A stretch of 59,836 nucleotides of DNA, the filler included, from Sphacelaria rigidula (taxonomy: Eukaryota): NCBI GenBank assembly GCA_964200075.2. It is 9 parts of 9 records of this genome, joined end to end, with 100 filler letters (N's around TTAATTAATTAA, not from the genome) between each part and the next. Parts side by side here need not be neighbours in the genome. Positions count along the whole stretch, not along the records: positions 6,662 to 13,221 come from CAXNAA020019345.1; positions 13,322 to 19,881 come from CAXNAA020019346.1; positions 19,982 to 26,541 come from CAXNAA020019347.1; 6 more parts are not named here. One strand, written 5' to 3'. Below are positions 12,999 through 24,790 of the stretch, one piece after another (position 1 is the stretch's first letter; every line of letters starts with the position of its first letter). The position numbers and the translations under genes were made by a program. The notes beneath the pieces are model-generated. The model worked only from the letters and a program-made list of their open reading frames with translations, was not told the DNA's origin and did no database searches.

Positions 12999-13104
12999 AC
13001 CTCAGTTTGCGCTGGTGCGACAAGCATGCGAAGCGTACGGCTTCGAAGTCGTGAGAGGGCCTGGATTCGAGGCTGATGATGTCATCGCTGCCGTGACGCT
13101 CCAG
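12999..13104 (+). CDS. 5'-3' exonuclease, exon C
   Basis: PQFALVRQACEAYGFEVVRGPGFEADDVIAAVTLQ contains the catalytic EADD motif. TGCAG acceptor and CAG/GTGAC donor. Gene continues beyond the contig end. Confidence 0.92.
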
Positions 13105-13221
13105 GTGACGTGCCTTACCGTGTGCTACCATGTAGGAGGGATGCCAGGATACCCCCCCCCCCCCCCCAACCAGCGTGCTCCGTCTCGAAAGGGATGCGTG
13201 GTCAATGGTCAAATGACTAAG

Positions 13222-13321
13222 NNNNNNNNNNNNNNNNNNNNNNNNNNNNNNNNNNNNNNNNNNNNTTAATTAATTAANNNNNNNNNNNNNNNNNNNNNNN
13301 NNNNNNNNNNNNNNNNNNNNN
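13222..13321. other. Artificial contig spacer
   Basis: N44-TTAATTAATTAA-N44. Confidence 0.99.
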
Positions 13322-13626
13322 CCTCTCCCCCACCCCCCCGTACGCCCCCGGGCAACAACTCCCTCTCTGCCCGGGGCCGACAATCTGCTCTGCTTTGTTC
13401 TTCCCGTTTTTTTTTTTTTGTCTCGAGAACACACGGCCTCGGGGCGTGTCTTGGCACATCGTTCTTCTATCGAAAATGTGCGGTGGAAAACAAATATTCT
13501 GACCTGATAGGTCGTGATTTCAACCATCCTCAGAACGAACTACGATAGTTGGAACCACGAGCTATCAGATCGAAGTTTTTTTTTTTTTTTCCATCGCACA
13601 TTTTCGATCGAAAAATGATGTGTCAA

Positions 13627-13820
13627 CCCCTCGACCGCGAGGGTATGTCACCTGCTGAATTGGCATCAATTTTCACTTGAAAAAGGTTTGCGTGATCCAG
13701 ATGGACTACCAGCATCGCTGTCTAAGACTTACAGCGAGAGAGTAGGTCATCTGCTGAATCGGCATCAATTTCGAGTGAAAAAAAGTATGCATGATATACA
13801 CTACCCTCGCGGTCTAAGGG
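13627..13820 (+). mobile_element. Two head-to-tail copies of a ~100-bp piggyBac-like MITE
   Basis: CCCCTCGACCGCGAGGGTA ... TACCCTCGCGGTCTAAGGG followed by TTAA. Core GCTGAATCGGCATCAA shared with copies at 36008-36324, 53279 and 55641. Confidence 0.7.
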
Positions 13821-13836
13821 TTAAGACACGGCTTCA

Positions 13837-14214
13837 TGTGTGTGTGTATGTGTGTGTGTTGCCGTCCCATCTATTCTGAACGCCGGTCTACACATCTCGG
13901 CATATGTGGGCGCACCAGCCAGGGTCACACAGGAGGACGGCCAACACACGAGTTTTTTCTCTCCCTTTTGTTTGATTTCGTTTTCCACCTTCCTTCTGCG
14001 GTGCTTGCCTTTCTTTTTTATCGCGCGAGGGGTTCAGCAGTCTCTTCCCCTCATCGACCATTAGGTCGACTTTTTTTTTACCCACGACATAGTCGCTCTC
14101 CACTGTTGTTGAGCTTTTTGCGAGACAAAATCCCAGATCGCTCCGAGATTCGAACCCAAGATCCAACCGTCAGAAGGTTTAGAGGTGATCAACTGAGCCA
14201 ACGGGGCGACCGGC
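13837..14214 (-). mobile_element. Full-length tRNA-derived SINE (~380 bp) with (CA)n-like tail
   Basis: Minus strand begins GCCGGTCGCCCCGTTGGCTCAGTTGA and contains GGTTCGAATCTCGGAGCGATC (A and B boxes); ends in ACACACACATACACACAC. Homologous pieces at 6468 and 40831-41300. Confidence 0.85.
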
Positions 14215-14492
14215 TTTAGTCGTGCTTATCCCGTGCCCGATCGAAAGTGTTACCCAGGTGACCACGGTCGGGGTGGTCATGCGGCACTGACCAGCCGCTT
14301 TTGTTTTTTTGCCATTATCCCAAGGGTGTACACGAAATTTGAATGTGCACCCGGATGCAAACAATATTCGTTCGACAAAAGAAAAATGATTTTCCACACT
14401 CTGGACAATGGACACGGTGGGAAACCTATCGATATATATATATATATATATATATATTATCGAACACGATAGATGGTGAAACACATCTATTG

Positions 14493-14915
14493 CACAGGCA
14501 CCGTAGGTAAGGTACCGTCCCGAGCGTACCCCCGGTATGTACCGGGGTATACCATACCGTGGTATGCGTAGGTATGGTAGGTATGACATTTGAAAATATC
14601 GGATTGGGCGGGTACGGTAGATATTTAAATCTCGAGATACCCTGGTATCGTAGGTATCGTAGGTGCGGCATTTCAAAATACCGGATTGGGCGGGTACGGT
14701 AGGTATTGAAATCTTGAAATACCCTGGTATCGTAGGGATGGCATTCGAAAGTACCGAATGTGGCGGGTACGGAAGGTAGTGAAATCTCGAAATACCCTGG
14801 TATCGTAGGTATTGTAGGTATGACATTTGAAAATACCGGATTGGGTCGGTATCGGTAGGGTACGAGATGTCCCAAATACCGGCACCGGGTACCTACCTTA
14901 CCTACGGTGCCTGTG
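14493..14915 (-). mobile_element. MITE, CACAGGCACCGTA family, complete copy
   Basis: TIRs CACAGGCACCGTAGGTAAGGTA / TACCTTACCTACGGTGCCTGTG. 8-bp TSD ATCTATTG at 14485-14492 and 14916-14923. Confidence 0.93.
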
Positions 14916-14923
14916 ATCTATTG

Positions 14924-15180
14924 ATATGTATTGCAAGGGACAATAGATGTTGCAATAGTCAATCGATAGCCTCTGTTAATTATATTAGATGGAGATCACT
15001 CGCCATCGATAGAAATCGTGTACCGCAATAGATTCTGGGATGTATATGTCGAAAGCCATTGCCGTAATCAATAGGTTTGGTGAGCCATCCATCGATAGCC
15101 ATCGCCATTATCAATAGTTGGTGAGTCATCCATAGATAGTCATTGCCGTCATCAATATATTAGGTGAGCCATGCATCATA
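14924..15180. repeat. Imperfect array of ATCGATAG / ATCAATAG / GAGCCATC motifs (older host element)
   Basis: Motifs recur about every 40 bp; similar motifs at 14425-14490 and 15915-16045 flank the two younger insertions. Confidence 0.55.
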
Positions 15181-15181
15181 A

Positions 15182-15912
15182 GGCGGGGTCTTATCAGAAG
15201 TGATTGCCCCCACAACAACCAGTGCTGCGTCTTATCGACAAGCAGTTTTGTTCAGATCGAAGCCTAGATCTGCGCACAGGTAAAAAATGCGGCGGTTCTG
15301 GAAGTGGCCGTTAGTCCAATATCTCTGTAATGCTGCGGACACGACGCAAAGAGGTAGCACAGCGCCCACACGCCTAGCCACGAAAACAGACGGGTAGACA
15401 TTCACCACTCACGCGCATTAGCTCAAGCGCTAGCTCCTTACCATCTACACACGACAGCCTTTGTTTGACGGAAATCCGTCCAGTATCAGATGAAAGGGGA
15501 CCGTGTGCTGTCCGCGCGTCTTACGCAAATAATCATCTCTCACTGAATTCTGAACCGATTTGAGCAAGGTCACGCACAGCGTGCTCAGCTGATGAGCAGC
15601 AATGAATGGAGCGTGGTTTGGTTTGGGAGGGCAATGCGATCCTCAGGTTCATGTTTGATTGTCTTGACTTCTCTGTCAAGACTCCGGTTATGCCCCTGTC
15701 AACGAGATGTTTCATGTTCCCGTTCGAGGTGTCACAAAATCACTTTTACAAAAGTGATTTCAGGAAGTGTTTTTTTACTTCCTGAAATCACTTTTGCAAA
15801 AGTAATTTTTTGGCGTTTTCGGAGGGGGGTGGTATCGCAGCAACCAATCATCGTCGTTTCTCACAAAAGTGATTCCTTGAAAAGTGATAATCACTTCTGA
15901 TAAGACCCCGCC
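15182..15912. mobile_element. Non-autonomous PIF/Harbinger-like TIR element
   Basis: Perfect 24-bp TIRs GGCGGGGTCTTATCAGAAGTGATT / AATCACTTCTGATAAGACCCCGCC. Flanks TAA (left) and TGA (right), an imperfect 3-bp TSD. Subterminal AATCACTTTT/AAAAGTGATT repeats. Confidence 0.78.
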
Positions 15913-18504
15913 TGACCTATTACCGTCATCAAAAGATTTGGAAAACTATCGATCGATACATTTGGTCGGCCGCAATAGATTTCGGTACAGGACCACAGCA
16001 GGCTGCTGCCCGGACAAAAGTGTGGGAAACTGGTCTATCGATAGACGTTACGGCGAGAAGAGGTGTTTGATCTGTCCGAAACCGCAGCAGTAGACAGTGT
16101 CATGATGGCCAGACCCCACCTACCTACGGCAGCTGTTGAAGCAGCTTCGCGGCGCAGGTGGAGCGTACAGCGTTCGCCAGAGAATGAACAATAGGAGTAA
16201 GGCCGCACCCTGCGGCGACGCCGATGATATGCTGCACTGACCGCGCTGTTGTACTGCCGTTTACCACCGCAACGAACGGTAATGTACTGGTACACTGTCT
16301 GTAGTCGCATGTATTCGTAGGGTGACCTATACGAGTATTGCACGCAACTTATACTGTTGTCGTACTCAAAGGTCATGAAAAAAAAACATTCTCGTTTGTT
16401 ATGACCTTTGGTGCGATCACCTCTTTCTTGCAACAATGTCTGTACCATCATGTTACCGTTCGGCACTACTGTACTGTGTACTGTGATGATGCAGTGTAGT
16501 GAGTTGTACTGCCCGAGGGTACGTGCGGCATTGTACTCGAAGAATGATTCACTGCTTGCCTGTCCTTCCGCTTCACTTTTGAAGGATACGTCATCCCCTC
16601 AGCAAGCGGTCCTCCGCGGACGTGGCTATTTTCATCACGCTCAAAGCCACCCCTTGTCTTATAAGGGAGGTGCCACCTCGTCACGTACCCCACTTGAACC
16701 TCTACCTACGCCAGGCGGTGACTGTATTGGTATTGGTACATTACCTTCGCTTTTCTGTCAAGCACATATATCCAGTGAGCCTGGTACGCCCCACACGCCA
16801 GGTTTCAGTTCGCAATGCACTCAGCACACCGCCCACGGACGGAAAAGAAGTTACCCAGGGTGCACCGTCTCTGGGGAATAGAGGCAGTGCAACCGCGGCG
16901 TAATCGAGAATCTACGAATTCACGATCTCCATATTCAGGATATCGTGAGTTCATACTCGTAGTGAGAAACCACCTTTTATGTGGGATTTTTGCCATCCCA
17001 ACGTAAATATTTAGTGAAGATGGAGCTGTAATGATTTTGTCTCCCTGCCTCATTTATCTTGACGAAGGTGCATGTCAGGTGTTTATTCTCTTTTTTTCTC
17101 GGATGGAAACTGACGGCCTACCGCGGGTCTGAAACAAGTGAATGGGTATAAAGAGTATCCTATAATCTATTTGTTTTTTCAAAAAATGGCCTGCTTGGTT
17201 GGGTCGATCCGCTCAGCAGCCAGCAGCACGCGCACACGGCTGACCGGGTAACGGGTACTGTACTGCTCGAATGAGTTGTTAAAATACACACCCGATATGG
17301 GGCTCAGTAATGAAGATACTTCAGATGCCGCATCATCGCGGAAGTTTATGCCAACACCGCTTGGGCGTTGTACCGAGAACATCCACCAAAAGACGAAACC
17401 AAACGCGGGGGGTGGCGGCTTCGCTGGGCCTAGTGGAACTGCGTCGAATTGCGCACAGGTGGGGGGAGTGAAGGCGTGCGGGTATGATCCGCGGTATGAC
17501 TTACATGTGCTATGCCGTTATTATGCTGTACACGTGGCATGCATATCTCGGGGTTTCGATGTAGTGCCGATGGTGCACACCCAGTGCTCAGCTGAAGTCG
17601 TCGATACATGAAGATATTTATCCTCGTCGAGTTCTGGGTACCGAAGGTACCGATATACGGGGGTTTCGAAAATTGGCAGTTTGGGTGCTGGGCAATGTGA
17701 GCACAGCGGTGCCTTGCACGCCCATCCAGTGCTTCGTATCTATGCATGCATTGTCCGTGGTGGTTTCTGTGCTGCAAGTACGCTATTTCCACCCGGTGTG
17801 CCGCTGTAGGGTACTGTCTGTACGACGCACTGTAACGAATTGTGCTGTGCTGTTCTGTCTGCAGGGCATCGCCGCGCACACTGTACTGTTGTTGCCGTGG
17901 TAATATATGACGACAAGGAGACGATCTTGCCCAACGCCGTTTCAAATGCTGAGCCAGTCGTGTGCTACATGCACTTGTCTATCTACGTGAGGTAGATTTG
18001 TCTCCCAAGGATACCGTACATTTTCTATATTGTTCGTCTCTTCCTCAATGTACGGCGTGCAGCTCGGAAGACAGTAAACTGGTACGGTTGGTAGTATACG
18101 TCAACAAAAAATATGGGCTTACTCGTGCAGAGCTGCCAAGACCAGCACACCCGCCTTGCTCCCGCTGGTGCGGACATGGACCCGAAAATAATCTTATGGC
18201 CCGATCACAAGCAGTCGGTTTACCTGAAGCAACCTTTTGAGCAACTAATCAACCAAATTGGCCGAGCTCAGATCTACTGAGGTTGACGTTCCGAAGATTT
18301 ATGTCGGTGACGGCAGCGGCAGATCAGGATCGTACTCTCTGGTCCTTAGAGCTGGCACATGGTCGTATCAACAGCGGAAAAAGTGTTTTTGGCGACAAGT
18401 GTAAGTGTTTCGTGTATCAACTCTGGCTCCTGAGCGGGCATACCCCATTGTCTAGCCGCAAAACTCAACACAATGATGGCAGGACGTGGCTCACACAAAC
18501 CGTC

Positions 18505-18810
18505 CACAGGCACTGTAGGTAAGGTAGGTACCCGGTACCGGTATTTGGGACATCTCATGCCTTACCGATATCTGTCCACTCGGGTATTTTCAAATGTCAT
18601 GCCCATTATGCGATACCCACGATACCACGGTATTTCGAGATGCCAATACCCTACCGTACCCGCCCAATCGGTATTGTAAAGAGTCGTACCTACGATAACA
18701 TGGTATTTCGATATTCCAACACCTACTGCACCCGCTCAATCGGGTACTTCCAAAACTCATACCTACGATACCCACGCCTACCACGGTATGGGATACCCGG
18801 TAAATATCCA
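18505..18810 (+). mobile_element. Diverged, 3'-truncated CACAGGCAC MITE copy
   Basis: CACAGGCACTGTAGGTAAGGTAGGTACCCGGTACCGGTATTTGGGACATCTCAT; no right TIR found. Confidence 0.8.
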
Positions 18811-19589
18811 GATCACAAATAATGTCTACCCAGATTCCTCCTTGTTTTCGTGTTTGGATATTTGGATCAGTTCGAATGAACTTATTATTACTAAGTCTGA
18901 TGTTCTTGGTAAATTGACATTAATAGTGTATCAGCATTACGGTGCTATACGTTGTCTCATCATTCACGTTGAAGATGAGCACCATCCACAAAAATATTTC
19001 ACGTGCAAACAAGCAGAGAGAAATAAAACGAAAAGGAGGAGGAGCAACAATGAAAACAGTTGAGGGGCCGAGGAGGTATAAAAAATTGACAACAAGGTAC
19101 CGAAATACCAATTAAATAACCTTATACCGTAGGTACTGCGCCATTGCCGGGTGCTCCGAATAAGAAATACAACTACATGAAGAGGCAAACAAACCCTGTT
19201 CTTACGTACTACTGCAATACCTCGGTCCCACAAATTTCGGCGCTACCTCCTCGAAATGAAAATCAAGTAAATTACAACTTCGCATTTACTACTGCTCTAT
19301 TATCAGAGTGCTTTCGTCTCTGCATCCACGTCAACAACCACGAAAATCACCACGCGGCGTTCATGATCGATCCATAGATTGGGTGTCTCACCCTGTCAGC
19401 TGGTTGCAACAATCCAGCTGTTGGTCATGATGCGGTTGTGTTGTGCTTTGAGGTATGCAGGTTAGCGTTGTGTGCGGGTGGGAGTGGGGCTGCCTACGTT
19501 GGGCACATGAAGAAATTGACTGCCCAACTTGCACAGGGATCTGAAATGCTTCTGCGCACTGCCGGATGACAGTTTTGAAGTCGGTATAG

Positions 19590-19690
19590 AGGGTAAGGCG
19601 GGTTACCGGTACTGGTATTTGGGACATCTCATACCCTGCCGATACCGACGCAATTGGGTATTTTCAAATATCATACCTACGATACCTACA
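19590..19690 (+). mobile_element. Fragment of the CACAGGCAC MITE family
   Basis: GGTATTTGGGACATCTCATACCCT...CATACCTACGATACCTAC matches the other copies. Confidence 0.75.
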
Positions 19691-19881
19691 AGCTGGGCCG
19701 GCCAAGACGCCATTTTTCAAGCAATATCGCCATGCCCCTCTCATTTTTTTGAGTTTGGACCTGAAATTTTGACACGTGATTTTGAGTACCCTTGCCCAGA
19801 CATTGGAAGGAATTAGCAAAAAATAAAAAATAAAATCCCATAGTTCTCGTCAAAAATGTGATCGTGAAATACGTTAAGGGG

Positions 19882-19981
19882 NNNNNNNNNNNNNNNNNNN
19901 NNNNNNNNNNNNNNNNNNNNNNNNNTTAATTAATTAANNNNNNNNNNNNNNNNNNNNNNNNNNNNNNNNNNNNNNNNNNNN
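19882..19981. other. Artificial contig spacer
   Basis: N44-TTAATTAATTAA-N44. Confidence 0.99.
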
Positions 19982-20665
19982 ATCCCACTATTGGGCTCGT
20001 TTGCAGCAACTTCGCCCAGATGAGTGGCGTGTAGCAGTCCGGAATCAGCTATAACGCCCAAATGAGTCGCGTCGTGCAGCAGGAAACCAGCTTTAACGGC
20101 GGTTATGATCATCGCCGGTTTGGGGGGGGGGGCTATCTCGGCAGCAGTCAACAGACGGTGTTGATTTTGTCGGAGCAGGAATGGAATGTGTAGATCTCGG
20201 TACGGTTGGAGCGAGAATATAAAGTGTAGGGGCGGTAGTAGATGGTAACTACGGCAATGAGGCAAGGGGGAAAGGAAACGGCAGTGTCGTTGTTTCGGCG
20301 GCGTTGGCGGCGAGATAAATGTTGCCCCACCCGCCCGTCCGCCGTTGAGAGATGCCGGATTGGGAAATGGCTGAAGAGGCACCGTCCATGCGAAGCGGTT
20401 GGTGATGTTCATTTCTCGTTGAGGTTGGCGTGTGGACGGTCGTCAGTTGGGTGCCAGTGCCATGTCCTTTCTCTCCCCCTAACTAATTGTAGGAGCAAAC
20501 GGCCGAGACTCCCCATCCAACGACAGTGACGGAATATCTCTAATACAATTTGCAGGCGACATCAGGCTTTTCCTGGTCAACATGTTCTTTTCCACCCCCA
20601 AGGGGAACACCTCGCGTACGTTCAACCGTGTTGCAAATCGCCCCGCGGACAGAAAACGTTTGACT

Positions 20666-20913
20666 TGTGACGAAATCATACCGCCACGTTGAGTATATAG
20701 TGATATGGATAATGAGCATTGGTAGTGATGATCTGGATAGTGACCGGGAATCTAGATTGATGCCCTGGCGTGTCTAGATGGGTGCTTTAGAAGGTGACTC
20801 CAGGATAATAAAAGGTGTTGTGAAGGCTGACAACTGAAACCTGAGGCCAGTGGAACTGGGGAGTCCCTCAACAGCAGTAGACGCTGCAGTACTAGCAACC
20901 TGCTGGCGTCACA
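20666..20913 (+). repeat. 5' LTR (248 bp)
   Basis: Inverted termini TGTGACG...CGTCACA, TATATA at 20694, AATAAA; homologous to 24791-25048. Confidence 0.9.
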
Positions 20914-21211
20914 ATATCGATACTAGTGCCAGTCGTGCTAGTTGTGCTATCGTTAGTGACTGCTGGAAACTGTTCAGTAGAGAGGAGTCTGGACAGCTTT
21001 GGACATATTGCTTCACAGACGCGTGAGGAGGTTTCAAGCTGAGGTAGCTGCAAAGGCGGCTGGCCCGTGATTGATCCAGACTGGAGACTTGCTGGAGCTG
21101 CGTGCAGCGGGAGTTTATAGGACCCCGCGGCTATGTGGTGCGGCGACGAAGGCAGGTGTGAATTGCGGAGTTCGAGAAGGTTCAGAAGCCTTCGATTAGG
21201 TCCGCTCGGAA

Positions 21212-23317
21212 ATGTCGACTACAGAGGTACCGGCCGAAGAGCGAGCGGAGACGACCGTATCCCCAGCTGTTCTGAGAGAAGAGTTGCGGCCTCCCAGTTA
21301 CGGGAATTTGTACTCTGAGTGTGCTTCTCGATCATTTTATAAGAAATATGTGGAATACAAGAAGCGGGTGGAGCATGCAAATGCGGGGGGGTGCGGTAAG
21401 GCATCAGGTGGTTCCCATCGCGCAACTCGTGCCTACCCCCCTCCAACGCGTTTTTGCGAGAAGATTCCATAAGGAGAACACAATAACGCCGCTGTAATTG
21501 GCTGCAGCGATCAAGAAGCATGCAGGGCATGCGGCGGACGCTGAGGTAGAGCTAAAACAGGCGTCCGCGGCCGTGTCGAAGGCACTCGCCATGAACCACA
21601 AGAGGAAGACCATGCGCGAGAGGGTGGAGCCAATCATGGGAAAGTTGGAGACATATTTTTCCGAAAACCCCAACGTCGAGATGGGGTATCGTTCCTCCGA
21701 TGGGAAATTCCGTCCAGGGCCCGCTGCGGTGATCACGAAAGCGACGGTGGAGGATCTGGCACCGGCGGAATTCAATCAGGCCGTGCTTGTGCAATTACAG
21801 CACGAAACCAGTTGGAAGTCAAACCCGTACCTAGTTATGGATACCGTGGCGGCTGAGGCTGAGGCATGGCGAAGGATTGAAGTATTTGGGAATTCATCCA
21901 CTCCGTCGCCTCAGTCTTCGAGCTCGCGTAACCGCGGATCGAAATCCGCAGGCAGTGCCGCCGCCAATATCACTTGCTTTCAGTGTGGCCAGGTAGGCCA
22001 CTACGCACGCAAGGGCCCAACGCCTTCCGAGGTGGAGTCTGGGAAGACAAGTGTCGCGCGCCCTCGCAAACACAAAGGAGGAAAAGATAATCGGGGTGGT
22101 GGCGGAGACGGATCCTCCAGCGGTGCAGGTGTGCAGTCGAGTATTAAGCAGCAGCAGCAGCAGCAGGGGCAACGGCGTCGGCAGGGGTCCAGTTCTGGGT
22201 CCGGCTCAGCTGCTGCTCCGCAACAGGCGGTGCAGGTAGGATCGACCACTCTAGTGTCGGGCTCGGTGCCGGCACCGCCGGCAGCAGAGCAAGGCGAGAC
22301 GCCTGCTGCTGAGCCGGCCGGATTCCGGCTGAAATTTGGATGCGCTGCTGGGTCGGCCGAATTACCGCTGCAATTTGGTTCTGTGGGCGGGGCTTCGTAC
22401 CCGCCGGCGGTGCCGGGGACCCCAGCGGGGGCGTCTATGCCTGCGCCGCATGCGCAGCCGTGGCGCCAAGTGGGGATCGCGAGAAATCAGTCGGCGGAGC
22501 AGGTGCCGGTCGAGGATCAAGAAACCTATGTTCCTGCAGAGTTATATCTACCAAATCAACGGGCGTGGGGAGCCATATCGGTCAACGCTGTGTTGGATTC
22601 AGGCACCCATTTCACGAGCGTGTCGGTGCTGATTGTGGAGATGCTGGAGCGTCTACCCCCTGGTGAGTAAATCCGCATTCCGTTCTCGCTCGGGGCGCGG
22701 TAGGTCATCACCGCACCGGGGCAACATATAAATGTCACGGAGCGTACGATTCACCTACAGTTGGCGTTCAGGACTACCTAGGGGGCAGCGAAATTACCCC
22801 CGATGTCGTTTGTGATGATGCCATGGACGGATGGTGTCGTTCTGTTGGGCTTACCGACGCTTCGGGGACTCGGAGTCGATCCGTATGATCGGCTGTTAGA
22901 GTCCCTAAAAACACAAATGCCGTCGCTCGGTTCGAGTGTCGAGACGCCGGCTCTTTTGGCCAGTCGTAGGGTGAGCTTGTCGGTTCATGCTCTCCAGGAG
23001 GAGGGGGGACAGGTGTCTGAGGAGCGTGATGAAGCGGTGGAACGCTGAGTGGAGCGTGGCCCGATATGTTTATGGAGCCGGTAGAAGAGGAGTCCGTGCG
23101 AATGGCTGCGCTGGAGGAAAGTATGACGGATACTGTGGCAAATGGCCTCAACGTTTCAAAAGTGGAGCGTTTGCGTGGCATATTGTATCGCCACGTTAAC
23201 GCGTTTCGTCGTGCGCTGATGGGTGATCCCCCTGCGCGCGTGGAACCCATGAGGGTAATACTGAAGCCAGGGGCGGCCGCGATGAAGGTAAAACCGAGGA
23301 GGTATGATCCGGTATAG
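21212..23317 (+). pseudogene. Gag and aspartic protease region of the Gypsy element
   Basis: Zinc knuckle CFQCGQVGHYARKG (last Cys lost), protease motif AVLDSGTHFTSV, pre-RT linker DPPARVEPMRVILKPGA...KPRRY; several stops and frameshifts. Confidence 0.85.
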
Positions 23318-24725
23318 TTCATTTGTCATATTTCGGGTGAACGTAACGCGTAGGGTGATTTGCTGTCGCGCTGGATAAATATTTCCACTACACCCGCGCG
23401 AGCTGTGACTGTATCTGGTCCGTGTGAAGCAGATGATACGATGCCGTCGAAATCTGTAGTCCGCCAAGCTCAACGGAAAGAACTTGGGGCCACTGATGCG
23501 GATGTGCAATCCTTCGAGTCGGATGTTGGTACTACGGTTCTGGATCATGGAGGTCTGTTTCGTGTGCATATACGTGGTCGAAACGTGTTGTGGATTCCCA
23601 GCTCCGACAAACAAGTGCACATAAGTTTGATGATTTGTGCGCACATGTGCGATGCCGGGCATCGCGGTGTGGCTGCGACGCTCGTGCGCTTGCAAGAGTT
23701 TTGAATTTGGCAGGGAATGGAAACTCAGGTGCGCGAGTTTGTCCGACAGTATCTTCACTGTGCTGATTCGAGAGCGGGTGATGTTGTTCCCCGCTCGCTC
23801 GGTGAAACGGTCCACCGGACAACGCCAAATGAAGTCGTTCATTTTGACTTCTTGTACGTGGGCGAGAGTGGCCCGCTAGCTTCCCAAGGTTTGTCGGAGG
23901 ATGCTGGGTTTCGATAAATTTTGGTAATCATGGATGATTTGAACAACTTTGTGGCTCTGGAACCAGTAGCAGTGTGTACTGCCGAATCGGTCGCTGCATC
24001 TTTGCTGAATTGGTGCAAAACTTTGGGGGTGCCGAGTGTGTGCGTGAGTGATACCGCCACGCATTTCAGGAACACGATCTTGACCCGCTTGCGAGAGGCA
24101 TTACCCGTTGATCACCGGTTTGCGGTGGTACATTCTCCGTGGTCAAACGGCACGTGCGAGCGCATGGTCAAGGAAGTAGTTCGTGCTCTTCGATCTATTC
24201 TTCTCGGGCAGCGTCGAGAGGTGACCTAGTGGGTGGACGTGTTGCCCGCGATGCAATGGGCGTTAAGTACAGCATATCGCCGTCGGTACGATAGAAGGCC
24301 GTATCACGTGATGTTCGCTCGTACACCTCGGACGTCTTTCTCGAAGGTGGCGTCGTCATCAGCGGGGGAGTCGACTTGTCATGTCTTAGACGATGCGCAA
24401 CTGAAGTGTGCGTTGCAAGGAGGTTTGGAGTTGCAGGAAAGTTTCCACGTTCAAGTGCAGGAGCGTGTTGCCGCTGAATGTGACCGTAGACGTGACGGGT
24501 CTTCGTCGGGGCTGGAATTACCGAATTTCGAGGTAGGCGATCACGTTTTGTGTGCACGCGTGCGTCGCCCGGGAGTTACGCCTAAATTGATGGCGACGTG
24601 GACTGGTCCGTGGAGAGTGGTTGGTGCTCATCACCCGCATATGTTCAAGATCCAAAACATTGCTTCGGGTCATGTTCAGACCGCCCATGTAGCACGTCTG
24701 CATTTTTATGCAGACTCACACCTTG
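23318..24725 (+). pseudogene. RNase H tail and integrase of the Gypsy element
   Basis: HISGERNA*GDLLSRW; AHMCDAGHRG...YLHC (degenerate HHCC); HFDFLY, VSDTATHF, SPWSNGTCERM (DDE core); KLMATWTGPWRV...HVARLHFY; in-frame stops. Confidence 0.9.
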
Positions 24726-24790
24726 GGGCCGTTATTTTTCTGAGTGTCAAGCTTGTGGCTCGATTCTCGTCCAACGCGCTTTGGGGGTGC

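Noticed and set aside
13178..13221. 44-nt reverse-complement identity with the contig end at 39818-39861, suggesting the contigs join
   Set aside because: The shared sequence belongs to a high-copy repeat, so it does not show adjacency.
20340..20660. Possible Copia post-protease remnant at the Gypsy insertion site
   Set aside because: Only faint resemblance (EAVGDVHF, DSDGISL); too degraded to support without a search.
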